The notes under the pieces are model-generated. The model was not told the origin of the DNA. It was given only the letters and a program-made list of their open reading frames with translations, and ran no database searches. A stretch of DNA of 35,651 nucleotides, taken from positions 1 to 35,651 of IMG/VR virus record IMGVR_UViG_3300020045_011719. One strand, given 5' to 3'. A program made the position numbers and the translations under genes. The DNA comes from a virus (Duplodnaviria > Caudoviricetes). Shown here piece after piece: positions 16,272 through 24,992 of the stretch. The number at the start of each line of letters is the position of its first letter. The stretch's first letter is position 1.

Positions 16272-16537
16272 AAAACGTTGCATAAACACCAAAACCACAC
16301 TTTATTTTTTTTTTATAAGTTATTGAAATTGTAAAATAAAATGGCATTAATTACACCTATAATAAATAAATAAAATAAAATAGATATATAATAATAAATA
16401 AAGAAATCTCTCTATTTATTATTATATATCTCTCTTTCCCAGAAGAAAAAAGCGTAACACTGATATATCAAGCACTTATACTGTTTTCTGTTACAACCAC
16501 CCCATTAGGGACAATTAATGCACAGCAAACATAACAT
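16272..16537. other. AT-rich non-coding region, candidate replication origin
   Basis: Longest intergenic region, immediately after the primase-helicase. Contains a 19-bp perfect inverted repeat, A/T tracts and GTAACA/TGTTAC motifs. Confidence 0.55.
16382..16431. repeat. 19-bp perfect inverted repeat with 12-nt spacer
   Basis: AGATATATAATAATAAATA (16382-16400) / TATTTATTATTATATATCT (16413-16431). Confidence 0.9.
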
Positions 16538-16567
16538 TTGACATCGCGTTGTATTTTGTGTTACAAT
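16538..16567 (+). promoter_or_regulatory. sigma70-type promoter
   Basis: TTGACA-18 nt-TACAAT with extended -10 TG at 16559-16560. Confidence 0.75.
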
Positions 16568-16573
16568 ATACTC

Positions 16574-16786
16574 ATGAAAACAAGCGAAATAAGACTATCT
16601 AGACAGGTCGTGGCAATTCAGACTCGTGGCGATAATTACCAAGAGATTTCAATACAGCGAATCAATCCGGTTTCGGGAGATCGCGTTGAGATTTACCATA
16701 TCATAAACAACACAATGCATATAGAGTTCACAAAGAAGCAGTTAGTCGAATATCTAAGGGAGGTTGTGGAAAATGGGAAGAAATAA
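16574..16786 (+). CDS. hypothetical protein (probably leaderless)
   Basis: ATG 7 nt after the -10 box with no SD. The track's TTG start at 16538 is the -35 box. Confidence 0.6.
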   Translation: MKTSEIRLSRQVVAIQTRGDNYQEISIQRINPVSGDRVEIYHIINNTMHIEFTKKQLVEYLREVVENGKK

Positions 16787-16937
16787 GACGAATAAGCCAA
16801 CCAAGGAAAAGATTACCAGCATCCGGCTCACTAAAGAGCAATATGAGGCCATTAAACGCCTATATGGCAGCGTTCAGAAGTTCTTTGATACCATGGCAAG
16901 GGTTCTGCCTCTAATTGCCTTAATTGGCCAAATTTGA
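16773..16937 (+). CDS. putative ribbon-helix-helix DNA-binding protein (54 aa, not in ORF track)
   Basis: MGRNKTNKPTKEKITSIRLTKEQYEAIKRLYGSVQKFFDTMARVLPLIALIGQI*. GGAGG upstream. The TSIRLT strand followed by helices fits an RHH. Confidence 0.6.
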   Translation: MGRNKTNKPTKEKITSIRLTKEQYEAIKRLYGSVQKFFDTMARVLPLIALIGQI

Positions 16938-16995
16938 GAGATGTAGGATGTGATGAATTGTTGACAAGCGTTAATAGATTAACCAGGAGAGTCAT

Positions 16996-17172
16996 ATGTT
17001 AAAGCTTTTATTCTCAGTAGAGTCAATTGAAGTTTCGATCATGAAAGAGATTATTGATGGACTTGGTGACAATTTAAACAACGATGCCGTCGAGCACATG
17101 ATTAACGACCAGAATATCTCTGATAGCGAAAAAGAAATGCTGAAGGAATATGCCACAAAGAAGGCGGCTTAA
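16996..17172 (+). CDS. hypothetical acidic protein (58 aa, not in ORF track)
   Basis: AGGAGA RBS. MLKLLFSVESIEVSIMKEIIDG...EYATKKAA*. TAATG overlap with the next gene. Confidence 0.7.
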   Translation: MLKLLFSVESIEVSIMKEIIDGLGDNLNNDAVEHMINDQNISDSEKEMLKEYATKKAA

Positions 17173-17369
17173 TGAAAAAGTCGCACTTTATTGACGAGAT
17201 TAGAAGTAAGTTTATCACCCTAGATAAGGAATTTACCTGTGAGGTTTGTGAGAGGATTAACTCATCAAACGAAAGAATCATGCTGTACTTGAAAGACTGG
17301 GAGGATGCTCACAATCTATATGTTTGTGATGAGTGTAAAAATAAGTTGACAACTATTAAAATCCCTTGA
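17172..17369 (+). CDS. small zinc-finger protein
   Basis: CEVC...CDEC. Confidence 0.65.
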   Translation: MKKSHFIDEIRSKFITLDKEFTCEVCERINSSNERIMLYLKDWEDAHNLYVCDECKNKLTTIKIP

Positions 17370-17419
17370 ATACTGGTCTCATAGTCAGTGACTAAAGAGA
17401 CGGTGTCTCAGGGAAGAAT

Positions 17420-17626
17420 ATGGAAGTGGAAACAATCGGTGCAATTCAAGCACTGCTTACATCTGTCTCAACCAAAAGCGATGGAAGTTTAAAAATCACC
17501 TTTGAAGTAAATCCAGACGAAATCAAATCAATAAATAGGCTTATGGAGCTTTATCTAATCGACGAACGCTTGTTCTGTTTGGGCATTACCCGCGGCGTTG
17601 AAAAACGAGAGTTATACGGTGAGTAA
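17420..17626 (+). CDS. hypothetical protein upstream of terminase
   Basis: 68 aa (VSTKSDGSLKITFE). GGGAAG upstream. Confidence 0.6.
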   Translation: MEVETIGAIQALLTSVSTKSDGSLKITFEVNPDEIKSINRLMELYLIDERLFCLGITRGVEKRELYGE

Positions 17627-17921
17627 ATTTCAACCTGGCAATAAGTTTGGTAAGGCAGGAAGACCAAAGACAGCCTTCAAAGAAACATTCGACAATCTCA
17701 CTGCTCAAAGAAACATGATTGGTAAAGCTACTCAAATTCTCAATGAAGAGTTTGAAGATATAGTTTATGCATTATGTGATCAGGCAAAGGCAGGGAATAC
17801 AAATGCAGCTTCTTTGTTGTTTAATTATGTCCTAGGTAAGCCGAAGGAAACAGTCGATCTAGACATGAAGATGCCTGATGGTTTAAAGATAGTCATATCA
17901 AAGGATGAAGCTTGTCTATAG
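17619..17921 (+). CDS. terS: terminase small subunit-like protein
   Basis: KFQPGNKFGKAGRPK N-terminus and AKAGNTNAASLLFNYVLGKP. Directly upstream of TerL. GTG start at 17619. Confidence 0.65.
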   Translation: MSKFQPGNKFGKAGRPKTAFKETFDNLTAQRNMIGKATQILNEEFEDIVYALCDQAKAGNTNAASLLFNYVLGKPKETVDLDMKMPDGLKIVISKDEACL

Positions 17922-19181
17922 TCGAGTTTAAGAAAACACAAAAGCAACTCATAGCAACTAAGCTCATGACACAGAAGAAACACTTCTTGTTGATGGGCGG
18001 GAGTCGTTCCAGGCAAATCTCTCTTGATAATTCACTCACTAATCATCCGAGCATTAAAGACTAAATCAAGACACGCGATAATAAGAAAGACATTTAACTC
18101 TTTAAAGAGGTCTATTTGGAATGATACCTTAATCAAGGTTATCAATCTTGCATTTCCAGGGCTAAAAGTTGAGTTTAATCGAACTGATTACATTCTTACG
18201 TTTCCTAATGGTAGCGAGTTTTATTTTATTGGGCTTGATAATCCAAAGAGCGCAGAGAAGATATTGGGGCTCGAAGTTTCAAGCTTGTTCTTTAATGAAA
18301 TTTCAGAGCTAGATTTCTCATCTGTTCAGCTGGCCATCACAAGGCTTGCAGAGAGAAATGAACTTGTTAAGAGATGCTTCTATGATATGAATCCAAACGC
18401 AAAGAACTCGTGGGCTTACTACTTATTCATTAGAGGTTTGAATCCAGCCGACAACGAGCCATTAAGCAATCCAGATGATTACGGATTCTATCAAATTAAC
18501 CCTATTGATAACACTGAGAATATTGATGAGAACTACTTATCACTTCTCAGGTCTATGCCTGAAAAAGAGAGGAAAAGATTTCTAGAGGGAGAGTTTCAAG
18601 ACAGCGATGACGGAAATGCTTACTATGCTTTCAATAGAGAAACCAATGTTAAGGAGATAGACCAAAGCTTTAAACAGGGAACGACGCTGTGCGGACTCGA
18701 CTTTAACGTTTCGCCGATGACGTGCGTTATTGGTAATTATATCAATCGAATCTTTTATATTCACGACGAAGTGTTCTTGGAAAATTCAGACACTTTCAAG
18801 ATGAGTGCAAAGTTAAAAGAGAAAGGACATCGAGGCGCAAGACTCTATCCAGATTCGACAGGGGCTTCAAGAAAGACATCTGGAAAATCAGATCATTTGA
18901 TCTTAAAGGAAGATGGTTTTACGGTTGTCGATACTCGTAATCCATTTGTAACAGACAGAGTGAATAACATTAATAGACTTCTTGCTGAAGGTAGAATTAT
19001 TATTGATCCTAAGTGCAAAAAGCTTATTAACGACCTAGAGAAAGTAACTTGGAAGAACGATGACCTCGACCAAAAGACTGATAAAATGTTGACTCACATT
19101 TCGGATGCGCTGGGCTATCTTTGTCACGCTATCGATCCATTAATTGGATTGCCACAAAAGTCATCCAGCATTAGACTCTAA
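17912..19181 (+). CDS. terL: terminase large subunit (PBSX/SPP1-like), frame change of +1 at about 18011
   Basis: TTG 17912 after AAGGA reads MSIVEFKKTQKQ...FLLMGGSRS. The +1 frame continues GKSLLIIHSL...FPNGSEFYFIGLD...FFNE...DMNP...RFLEGEF...GLDFN...HISDALGY. Confidence 0.85.
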
Positions 19182-19198
19182 ATTAACAAAGGATTGTT

Positions 19199-20542
19199 AT
19201 GTTAAAAGATAAACGAAAACAGATTATTGAATACGTTAAAAGCAAGCGCGCTTTCTTGTCTAGAAATGCCGAAGCATTGGACATATACGACGGTAACTTG
19301 CTCCCTCACGTGGATGCAATTCTTAAAAAGACATTATCCCCACAGTATTATGAACCGGCAAAAGAGCGCATTTTACCAATTAACATTCTTCAAAGATATA
19401 TCGATAAGGTGTCTACGGCTTACGACAAGAGTCCATCAAGACGAAGCCAAAGTGACAATCAAAGAGTGAATGACTTTGTTGAATTCTACAAAGAACAGTT
19501 CGACATGTCTGTCAGTGGACAAATATGTGACCAGTATTCAAATCTATTTAAAGGATTTGCATGGGAGCCATATATAGACTTGAATGGTAAGCCTCAATTA
19601 AGAGAGCTAGCTTTTGATAAGTTTCTAGTTATGTCTGACTCAATGACATCTCCAGAGGAAGAAACAATTTTTATTAAGTTCATGGGATACAGATCGAGTG
19701 ACGAAGACTCGCTCTTGTTGTTTGTCTATACAGATCTTGAGTTCGATGCTTTTTACATGAATGGACAAGAAGCTTCAGAATACTTAATGGATAACCAGGG
19801 ATTAAATCCTATTGGCGTTATCCCATTCGTTTACGGGAAAAGACAAAAGGGTAAATTGCTACCTACTCAAGATACCGACATGCTGGCGATCTCAAAAGCA
19901 ATACCAGTACAGATATCAGATTTAGGTATGGCAATGATGTATCAATGTTTCAGTATTATGTACGGGATTGACGTTAACTCAGAAAATCTAGTAATGGGAC
20001 CGAATGTATTCTGGTCGCTTAAGTCTGACAATGAAAAGAATCCAGAGGTGGGGACAATTAAACCAGAGGCAGACACTGATAAAGGTCTAAGCTTTGTTAT
20101 GAATGTCTTTATCTTGTGGCTTGAAACAAAAGGTGTACGAGTCGGCTCTATTGGCTCAGTAACAGGTTCCAATTTGGCATCAGGCATATCTAAAATCATC
20201 GATGAGATGGATGTTTATAACATCAAGAAGAAGTCCATGGAGTGGTTTGAGAAAGACGAAAAAGAGCTATGGAATGAGAAGCTCCCTAAGATTCACAACT
20301 ACTGGGTAAAGTCAGGGTTGGTTAATCCGACAACTGTGCCACCTATAGTTAACGATGTCTTTGACGTTGAGGTTGAGTTCCCTGAAATAGAGCCACTGAT
20401 ATCCAGAGCGGAGGAGCTTGCCAACTTCAAGACTGAGTTGGAGCTCAGAACTATTACAAGAGAGTTTGTTATTAGAAAGCTACACCCACATCTCACAGAT
20501 GAGGAAGTGGCGAACGTACTAGCAAATGCTGAGATAGTCTAA
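19199..20542 (+). CDS. portal protein (SPP1 gp6-like)
   Basis: 447 aa directly after TerL. NPIGVIPFVY and ASGISKII portal-type motifs. Confidence 0.85.
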   Translation: MLKDKRKQIIEYVKSKRAFLSRNAEALDIYDGNLLPHVDAILKKTLSPQYYEPAKERILPINILQRYIDKVSTAYDKSPSRRSQSDNQRVNDFVEFYKEQFDMSVSGQICDQYSNLFKGFAWEPYIDLNGKPQLRELAFDKFLVMSDSMTSPEEETIFIKFMGYRSSDEDSLLLFVYTDLEFDAFYMNGQEASEYLMDNQGLNPIGVIPFVYGKRQKGKLLPTQDTDMLAISKAIPVQISDLGMAMMYQCFSIMYGIDVNSENLVMGPNVFWSLKSDNEKNPEVGTIKPEADTDKGLSFVMNVFILWLETKGVRVGSIGSVTGSNLASGISKIIDEMDVYNIKKKSMEWFEKDEKELWNEKLPKIHNYWVKSGLVNPTTVPPIVNDVFDVEVEFPEIEPLISRAEELANFKTELELRTITREFVIRKLHPHLTDEEVANVLANAEIV

Positions 20543-21051
20543 TGGCATGGATGAAGACAAAGGTTGCTATTAGCCCTAGTCTTAAGCCAAAGGATCGCGT
20601 GGCGATCTCTGAAGCCGTTATAGAGTACATTAAGAACAGAACGCTGGATGGGATTGATAAGAACCTAGAGAAGTTTCCCAATTACACTAAGAGTTATGCG
20701 CAATTCAAAGGCGTAAGTGTGTCCGATGTTGACCTAGTTTTTAGTGGCAAAATGTTGTCAGATTTAAAGCTTTTGTCCCATAAGAACGGAGAGCTGACCA
20801 TTGGGTTTGAAAAGGGCTCTGAATCTAATGGAAAAGCCGAAGGGAATATAAAAGGGACTTATGGTCAACCTAAACCAGTTCAAGCACCAAGGGATTTTCT
20901 GGGTATATCTACGGAAGAAGTAAGCGCGCTAATGGATGTCATTGATGAGCCATTAAGTGCAAGTGACGCAGCTGGATTATCAGATGCAGAAATAGAAGCA
21001 ATGGCAAGGAAAGCCGCTGAAGATATCTTTGGTGACTTAAATTTTGGATGA
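20542..21051 (+). CDS. virion morphogenesis / neck-type protein
   Basis: IKNRTLDGID...FPNYTKSYA...VDLVFSGKMLSDL...IGF...RDFLGIS, the pattern of Mu gpG-like morphogenesis proteins. Confidence 0.65.
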   Translation: MAWMKTKVAISPSLKPKDRVAISEAVIEYIKNRTLDGIDKNLEKFPNYTKSYAQFKGVSVSDVDLVFSGKMLSDLKLLSHKNGELTIGFEKGSESNGKAEGNIKGTYGQPKPVQAPRDFLGISTEEVSALMDVIDEPLSASDAAGLSDAEIEAMARKAAEDIFGDLNFG

Positions 21052-21542
21052 CAGCAAGTGCACAGCTAAGGATAGCTCAAAGAAAGATTCAGAACGCCTT
21101 GTTTCAAGCTCAAAAGAAAGCCGCAAGAGAGTTGGTACAAATTCTTATAGACACAATTAGAACGCGCACAAGATTGCTTAAGGAGCTTGCGAGTGGATCA
21201 CCTATACCCAATCTGAGCCCATCGACCATTAAATCAAGAGAGAGATACTCTAGAAATCTAGACTCAGATACATCCCCCAATACATCAAATGCGACTGCCA
21301 CTGGGCAAATGCTTAACTCAATGAAGGGCAAGGCGGTCGGAACCAAGATCACTATTGATCTAAAGACTGGCAGACGCAAAGAGCTATCTGGCAGTAAGTC
21401 AAAACTCACAAACTCCGAGGTTAATAAGTTTTACGAAGAAAAAAAAGGCGAGTGGTTTAATATTCAAGAAGCAGAAAGACAAGAGGCAATTGACTACGCA
21501 GCCGAAATAATCAAACAAGAAATACTGAAGGTGTCAAAATAA
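21048..21542 (+). CDS. second virion morphogenesis-type protein (probable paralogue of 20542-21051)
   Basis: IRTRTR...PNLSPSTIKSR...NATATGQMLNSM...EWFNI. Confidence 0.55.
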   Translation: MTASAQLRIAQRKIQNALFQAQKKAARELVQILIDTIRTRTRLLKELASGSPIPNLSPSTIKSRERYSRNLDSDTSPNTSNATATGQMLNSMKGKAVGTKITIDLKTGRRKELSGSKSKLTNSEVNKFYEEKKGEWFNIQEAERQEAIDYAAEIIKQEILKVSK

Positions 21543-21576
21543 TATTGACACGAAATAAAATAAAGGGAGAATAGTA

Positions 21577-22155
21577 ATGAGCGATCAAAATGCAGGCAGT
21601 GCCTCAACTCAAGAGCCAGTGGCTCAACCAGATGCGCAAACTGGCAAAGTAAGCTACGAGACGTACCAGAAAGTTCTTAATGAAGCTAAAAAAGCAAAAG
21701 AACTAGCTAAGACTCTCGCAGAAGAAAAAGCAAAGAACGATGAGAAGGCACTTGCTGAGCAACAACAATGGAAAGTTTTAGCCGATCAATATAAGACACA
21801 GCTAGAACAGACTAAGTCAATTTTGTCAGAGCAAGAAAAATCAATCGTCAACGGTTTAAAGTATCAGGAATTTGAGAAGCATTTAGGTGGTAAGCTCAGA
21901 AATCGAGACTACACTACGTTTATTGACTTCGAGAGGATTGCAATCAATCCAGAATCAAAAACAGTAGATGAAGAATCGGTTAAGTCAGTGGTGAATGAGT
22001 TCTTAAAGTCTCATTCGACCTTGGTTGAATTCCAATCGGGCAACAAGCTTCCAGGTGGAGCGCCGTCCAGTTTTGATTCATCAAGAACCAAAGACTATAA
22101 AGATATGACAACCGCTGAGATTGAACAAGAACTCAGGAAACTTGGTAAAATTTAG
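21577..22155 (+). CDS. capsid scaffolding protein
   Basis: Charged coiled-coil protein with a Gly/Pro linker and terminal helix, immediately before the capsid gene. GGGAGA RBS. Confidence 0.75.
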   Translation: MSDQNAGSASTQEPVAQPDAQTGKVSYETYQKVLNEAKKAKELAKTLAEEKAKNDEKALAEQQQWKVLADQYKTQLEQTKSILSEQEKSIVNGLKYQEFEKHLGGKLRNRDYTTFIDFERIAINPESKTVDEESVKSVVNEFLKSHSTLVEFQSGNKLPGGAPSSFDSSRTKDYKDMTTAEIEQELRKLGKI

Positions 22156-22169
22156 TCTGGGAGGACAAA

Positions 22170-23030
22170 ATGGCTGACGCTTATATGGCAAACACGGAAT
22201 TAGGAGCTACGAAAGCTACTCTAATTTCAAACTTGGTACAAAGAGAACTCGCTTTTGCTGCAATGTTAAGAGGAACAATCACAGATGTTTCTAATTTCGC
22301 AGTTAAAGGCTCTAAGATTATTCAATTCCCTAAGCTTTCTTCTTTTACTGTTGGTACAAGAACAGAAGGTGTTTTGGGTGAGACAGTAGCAGTTACTTCA
22401 ACTGTTGATGCTCTTAACCTCGATATCAATGCTTATGTTTCATGGTCAATCGACGCTTTCACAGCTAAGCAAACAACTATTGATTCACAAATGGAATCTT
22501 TAAAGTTGGCTGCGGCTGCTCAAGGTCGTTATGTTGACTCACAAATCATCACAAAGCTTGCTGCTTCAGCTGCTTCTTTCATTAACGTTGGTGCAGATGT
22601 AGATGTTACTTATGCAAACCTTGTTGACATGAGAAAAGCAATCTTGAAAGCTGACGGTATCTTGGCAAACACAGTAATCATCGCTTCTCCAGCTCAAGAA
22701 GCTGTTCTTATGAAGCTTGCTGAGTTTAAAGATGCAGCTGCTTACGGTGCAAATGCTGTTGTTCCAAACGGCGTAATTGGTAAAATCTTAGGAATGCCAA
22801 TCTATGTACACAATGGATTAGCTGATAAACAACTTTTCATGTATGAAAAATCTGCTCTTGCAATCGGTTTCCAAAAAGAAGCTGAGTACGGAGAAGAGTC
22901 TTTCTTACAATTGGGCGTTGGCGCTAAACGCGTTGCTATCGATCAATACTTTGGACTTGCTCCAATGCAAGTAGCTCTTAAGGGTGCTGCTACTGGTAAA
23001 TCTCCATTGATTCTTGGATTGAATGACTAA
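22170..23030 (+). CDS. major capsid protein (HK97 fold)
   Basis: 286 aa. KGSKIIQFPK and NGVIGKILGMPIYVHN motifs. GGAGGA RBS, strongly biased codons, followed by a hairpin. Confidence 0.88.
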   Translation: MADAYMANTELGATKATLISNLVQRELAFAAMLRGTITDVSNFAVKGSKIIQFPKLSSFTVGTRTEGVLGETVAVTSTVDALNLDINAYVSWSIDAFTAKQTTIDSQMESLKLAAAAQGRYVDSQIITKLAASAASFINVGADVDVTYANLVDMRKAILKADGILANTVIIASPAQEAVLMKLAEFKDAAAYGANAVVPNGVIGKILGMPIYVHNGLADKQLFMYEKSALAIGFQKEAEYGEESFLQLGVGAKRVAIDQYFGLAPMQVALKGAATGKSPLILGLND

Positions 23031-23044
23031 TTAACTTTTTAAAT

Positions 23045-23068
23045 TGGCAGGGGCTTAGGCTCCTGTCA
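23045..23068 (+). terminator. hairpin after capsid gene, probable partial terminator
   Basis: TGGCAGGGGC-TTAG-GCTCCTGTCA (10-bp stem with 2 G-U pairs), followed by TAATTT. Confidence 0.6.
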
Positions 23069-23078
23069 TAATTTGAGT

Positions 23079-23291
23079 ATGAAGACAATATTAGATACTC
23101 AGCACTACGTTAAAGCTAAAACAGCGGAAGGTCTAAAGACTCTCATGCTGAAGAATAACGTTGATAGAAACTCTTACCATGGTTATCAAATCGTTTTTGC
23201 AAATGGTTTTTGGTATGCCTGGTATGATGCCAAAGCAAAAGACATGACTATGGAGGAAATGGATGCTATCGACGGACGTAAGGGACAATGA
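23079..23291 (+). CDS. hypothetical protein in head module
   Basis: ORF after the capsid hairpin with an aromatic motif (GFWYAWY). Start 23073 or 23079. Confidence 0.6.
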   Translation: MKTILDTQHYVKAKTAEGLKTLMLKNNVDRNSYHGYQIVFANGFWYAWYDAKAKDMTMEEMDAIDGRKGQ

Positions 23292-23547
23292 GTCCAAGAA
23301 ATTCAGAGAAGCAGTCATTGGCACTAAGGTCGCTGTTTCAATCGAAGACGATTCACTTCTTAATTTAATAGATCAACCTGATTCAAATACAACCTATATA
23401 GGCGAAGCGCCTCGCGGAAGTCTTGAATCATCTCCCTCGTGGAGAATAACCAGAGTTTTAAAATCTGGCACCCAAACAAGCATTAAAACAAGCGGAGAAT
23501 CTTTTGATAGCTCCTGGAGCCTTAGAGAGTCTTTGACGTATGAGTAG
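23263..23547 (+). CDS. putative small structural protein
   Basis: GGAGG RBS. TYIGEAP...WRITRV...FDSSWSLRESLTY pattern. Confidence 0.6.
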   Translation: MLSTDVRDNESKKFREAVIGTKVAVSIEDDSLLNLIDQPDSNTTYIGEAPRGSLESSPSWRITRVLKSGTQTSIKTSGESFDSSWSLRESLTYE

Positions 23548-24256
23548 TTATCGAGCAGTACAGTTATTAAATCCGATCTCTATAAACACTAACGTTAACC
23601 CTAGAGGTGTATACGACAGTGGCACAGCATATGCTCAAGGTGACAGTGTTTCATATGGAAACTCATCTTACTTGTGCATTCAAACCACTGTTGGAAATGA
23701 TCCAACCAATACGACATACTGGCAATTGCTAGCAACGGCTTCAACTGTACGAATGACCACTGCTGTTTATAATCAAACTGGAGCGACTATCCAAAAAGGC
23801 TCCGTGGTTTATATCAATGGTGCTCATGGAAACTTGCCAACTATAACAAAATCTCAGGCCAATAGCGAAGCAGGATCATCCAAGACCTATGGACTTGTCT
23901 CTGCAGATATTGCTAACAATTCAAGTGGAATTGTTGTTGCTATTGGGAACATAGACAACCTAGATACCTCGTCTTTTACAGATGGGGATAGAGTCTGGCT
24001 GTCTCCCTCTATTGCAGGTGGAATGACGTCAACGGTGCCAACGCCTCCGAATCACGCAGTCTTTATAGGCTTCGTAACAAGGGCGCATCCATCGCTTGGA
24101 TCAATAGAGCTAAAGATTCAAAACGGCTTTGAGTTAGAAGAGATTCATAACGTTTTAATAAGCACCCCAAAGACTGGAGAGCTGCTCTCGTATGAGTCAG
24201 GTCTATGGAAAAACAAAGAAGATAAATCGATAATTAATGCTTTAATATTTGGATAA
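23540..24256 (+). CDS. fibre/decoration protein with CBM5/12-like N-terminal module
   Basis: GVYDSGTAYAQGDSVSYGNSSYLC...PTNTTYW; central NQTGATIQKGSVVYI domain; ends SIINALIFG. Confidence 0.65.
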   Translation: MSSYRAVQLLNPISINTNVNPRGVYDSGTAYAQGDSVSYGNSSYLCIQTTVGNDPTNTTYWQLLATASTVRMTTAVYNQTGATIQKGSVVYINGAHGNLPTITKSQANSEAGSSKTYGLVSADIANNSSGIVVAIGNIDNLDTSSFTDGDRVWLSPSIAGGMTSTVPTPPNHAVFIGFVTRAHPSLGSIELKIQNGFELEEIHNVLISTPKTGELLSYESGLWKNKEDKSIINALIFG

Positions 24257-24261
24257 TTTAT

Positions 24262-24618
24262 ATGATGAATCCTGCAATACATAACTTCGAAATACACACT
24301 GGCCAGACTCTTAAGTATGGTTTTACTGTTTGGGAAGATGACAATCAGACAATCCCATATGATTTTACCGGACACACCGTTAAGTCGGAAGCAAGAATAG
24401 CTTTCTCGTCTCCAGTTGCAGTCAATTTAAACGCCTCCATTGTGGGGAATACGGTCTATTTAAATGCCACTCCAGTACAATTGGCAGTCTTTTTAATAAG
24501 CCCTAATAACAAGTCTTCTAAGTATGTTTACGACATAGAGATCACTAAGCCAGATTTAACAAAGTGGACGCTGGTTCGCGGAGCCGTGGATATTATTCCA
24601 GAGGTGACGAAGACATGA
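24262..24618 (+). CDS. BppU-N-like adaptor domain protein
   Basis: PYDFTGHTVKSEAR...YVYDIEIT...LVRGAVDIIPEVT. Confidence 0.65.
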   Translation: MMNPAIHNFEIHTGQTLKYGFTVWEDDNQTIPYDFTGHTVKSEARIAFSSPVAVNLNASIVGNTVYLNATPVQLAVFLISPNNKSSKYVYDIEITKPDLTKWTLVRGAVDIIPEVTKT

Positions 24619-24983
24619 CCAATATAGTCGTAAAGGAAATACAGACGAAGATTGTCACGGTAGACAATGAGCAATCAAAGCTTATCGTTATAAATAAAGG
24701 ACCAAAAGGCGAAGTTGGAGAACAGGGATTGCCTGGAGCCACTGGTCCCATAGGTCCAACTGGTCCTCAAGGTGATCCTGGTATAGGTATTCCCACAGGC
24801 GGAACTACCAACCAGGTACTAAAGAAGAATAGTAATAGTAATTACGACACTAAATGGGAAAATGGCGGTGATCTATTATCAGTCAATAACCTTTCGGATG
24901 TTGCCAATGTTAATACAGCAAGAGAGAATTTAGGTGCAATAACTAACACGCAATCAATAATCAATTCTCTAATATTTGGATAA
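24615..24983 (+). CDS. collagen-like fibre protein
   Basis: About 9-10 Gly-X-Y triplets, GGTTNQVLKKNS..YDTKW and NNLSDVANVNTARENLG fibre motifs; ends SIINSLIFG. ATG 24615 overlaps the upstream stop. Confidence 0.75.
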   Translation: MTNIVVKEIQTKIVTVDNEQSKLIVINKGPKGEVGEQGLPGATGPIGPTGPQGDPGIGIPTGGTTNQVLKKNSNSNYDTKWENGGDLLSVNNLSDVANVNTARENLGAITNTQSIINSLIFG

Positions 24984-24992
24984 GGAAGAATC

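Noticed and set aside
17994-18064. Intron or intein at the TerL break
   Set aside because: Only one extra base separates the two halves, so there is no intervening element.
18024-19181. TerL starting at TTG 18024 as in the ORF track
   Set aside because: It would lack the Walker A motif, which is completed only with the upstream frame.
21545-21561. TTGACA before the scaffold gene (also at 16961) as sigma70 promoters
   Set aside because: No -10 element at 16-18 nt spacing that would leave room for the RBS.
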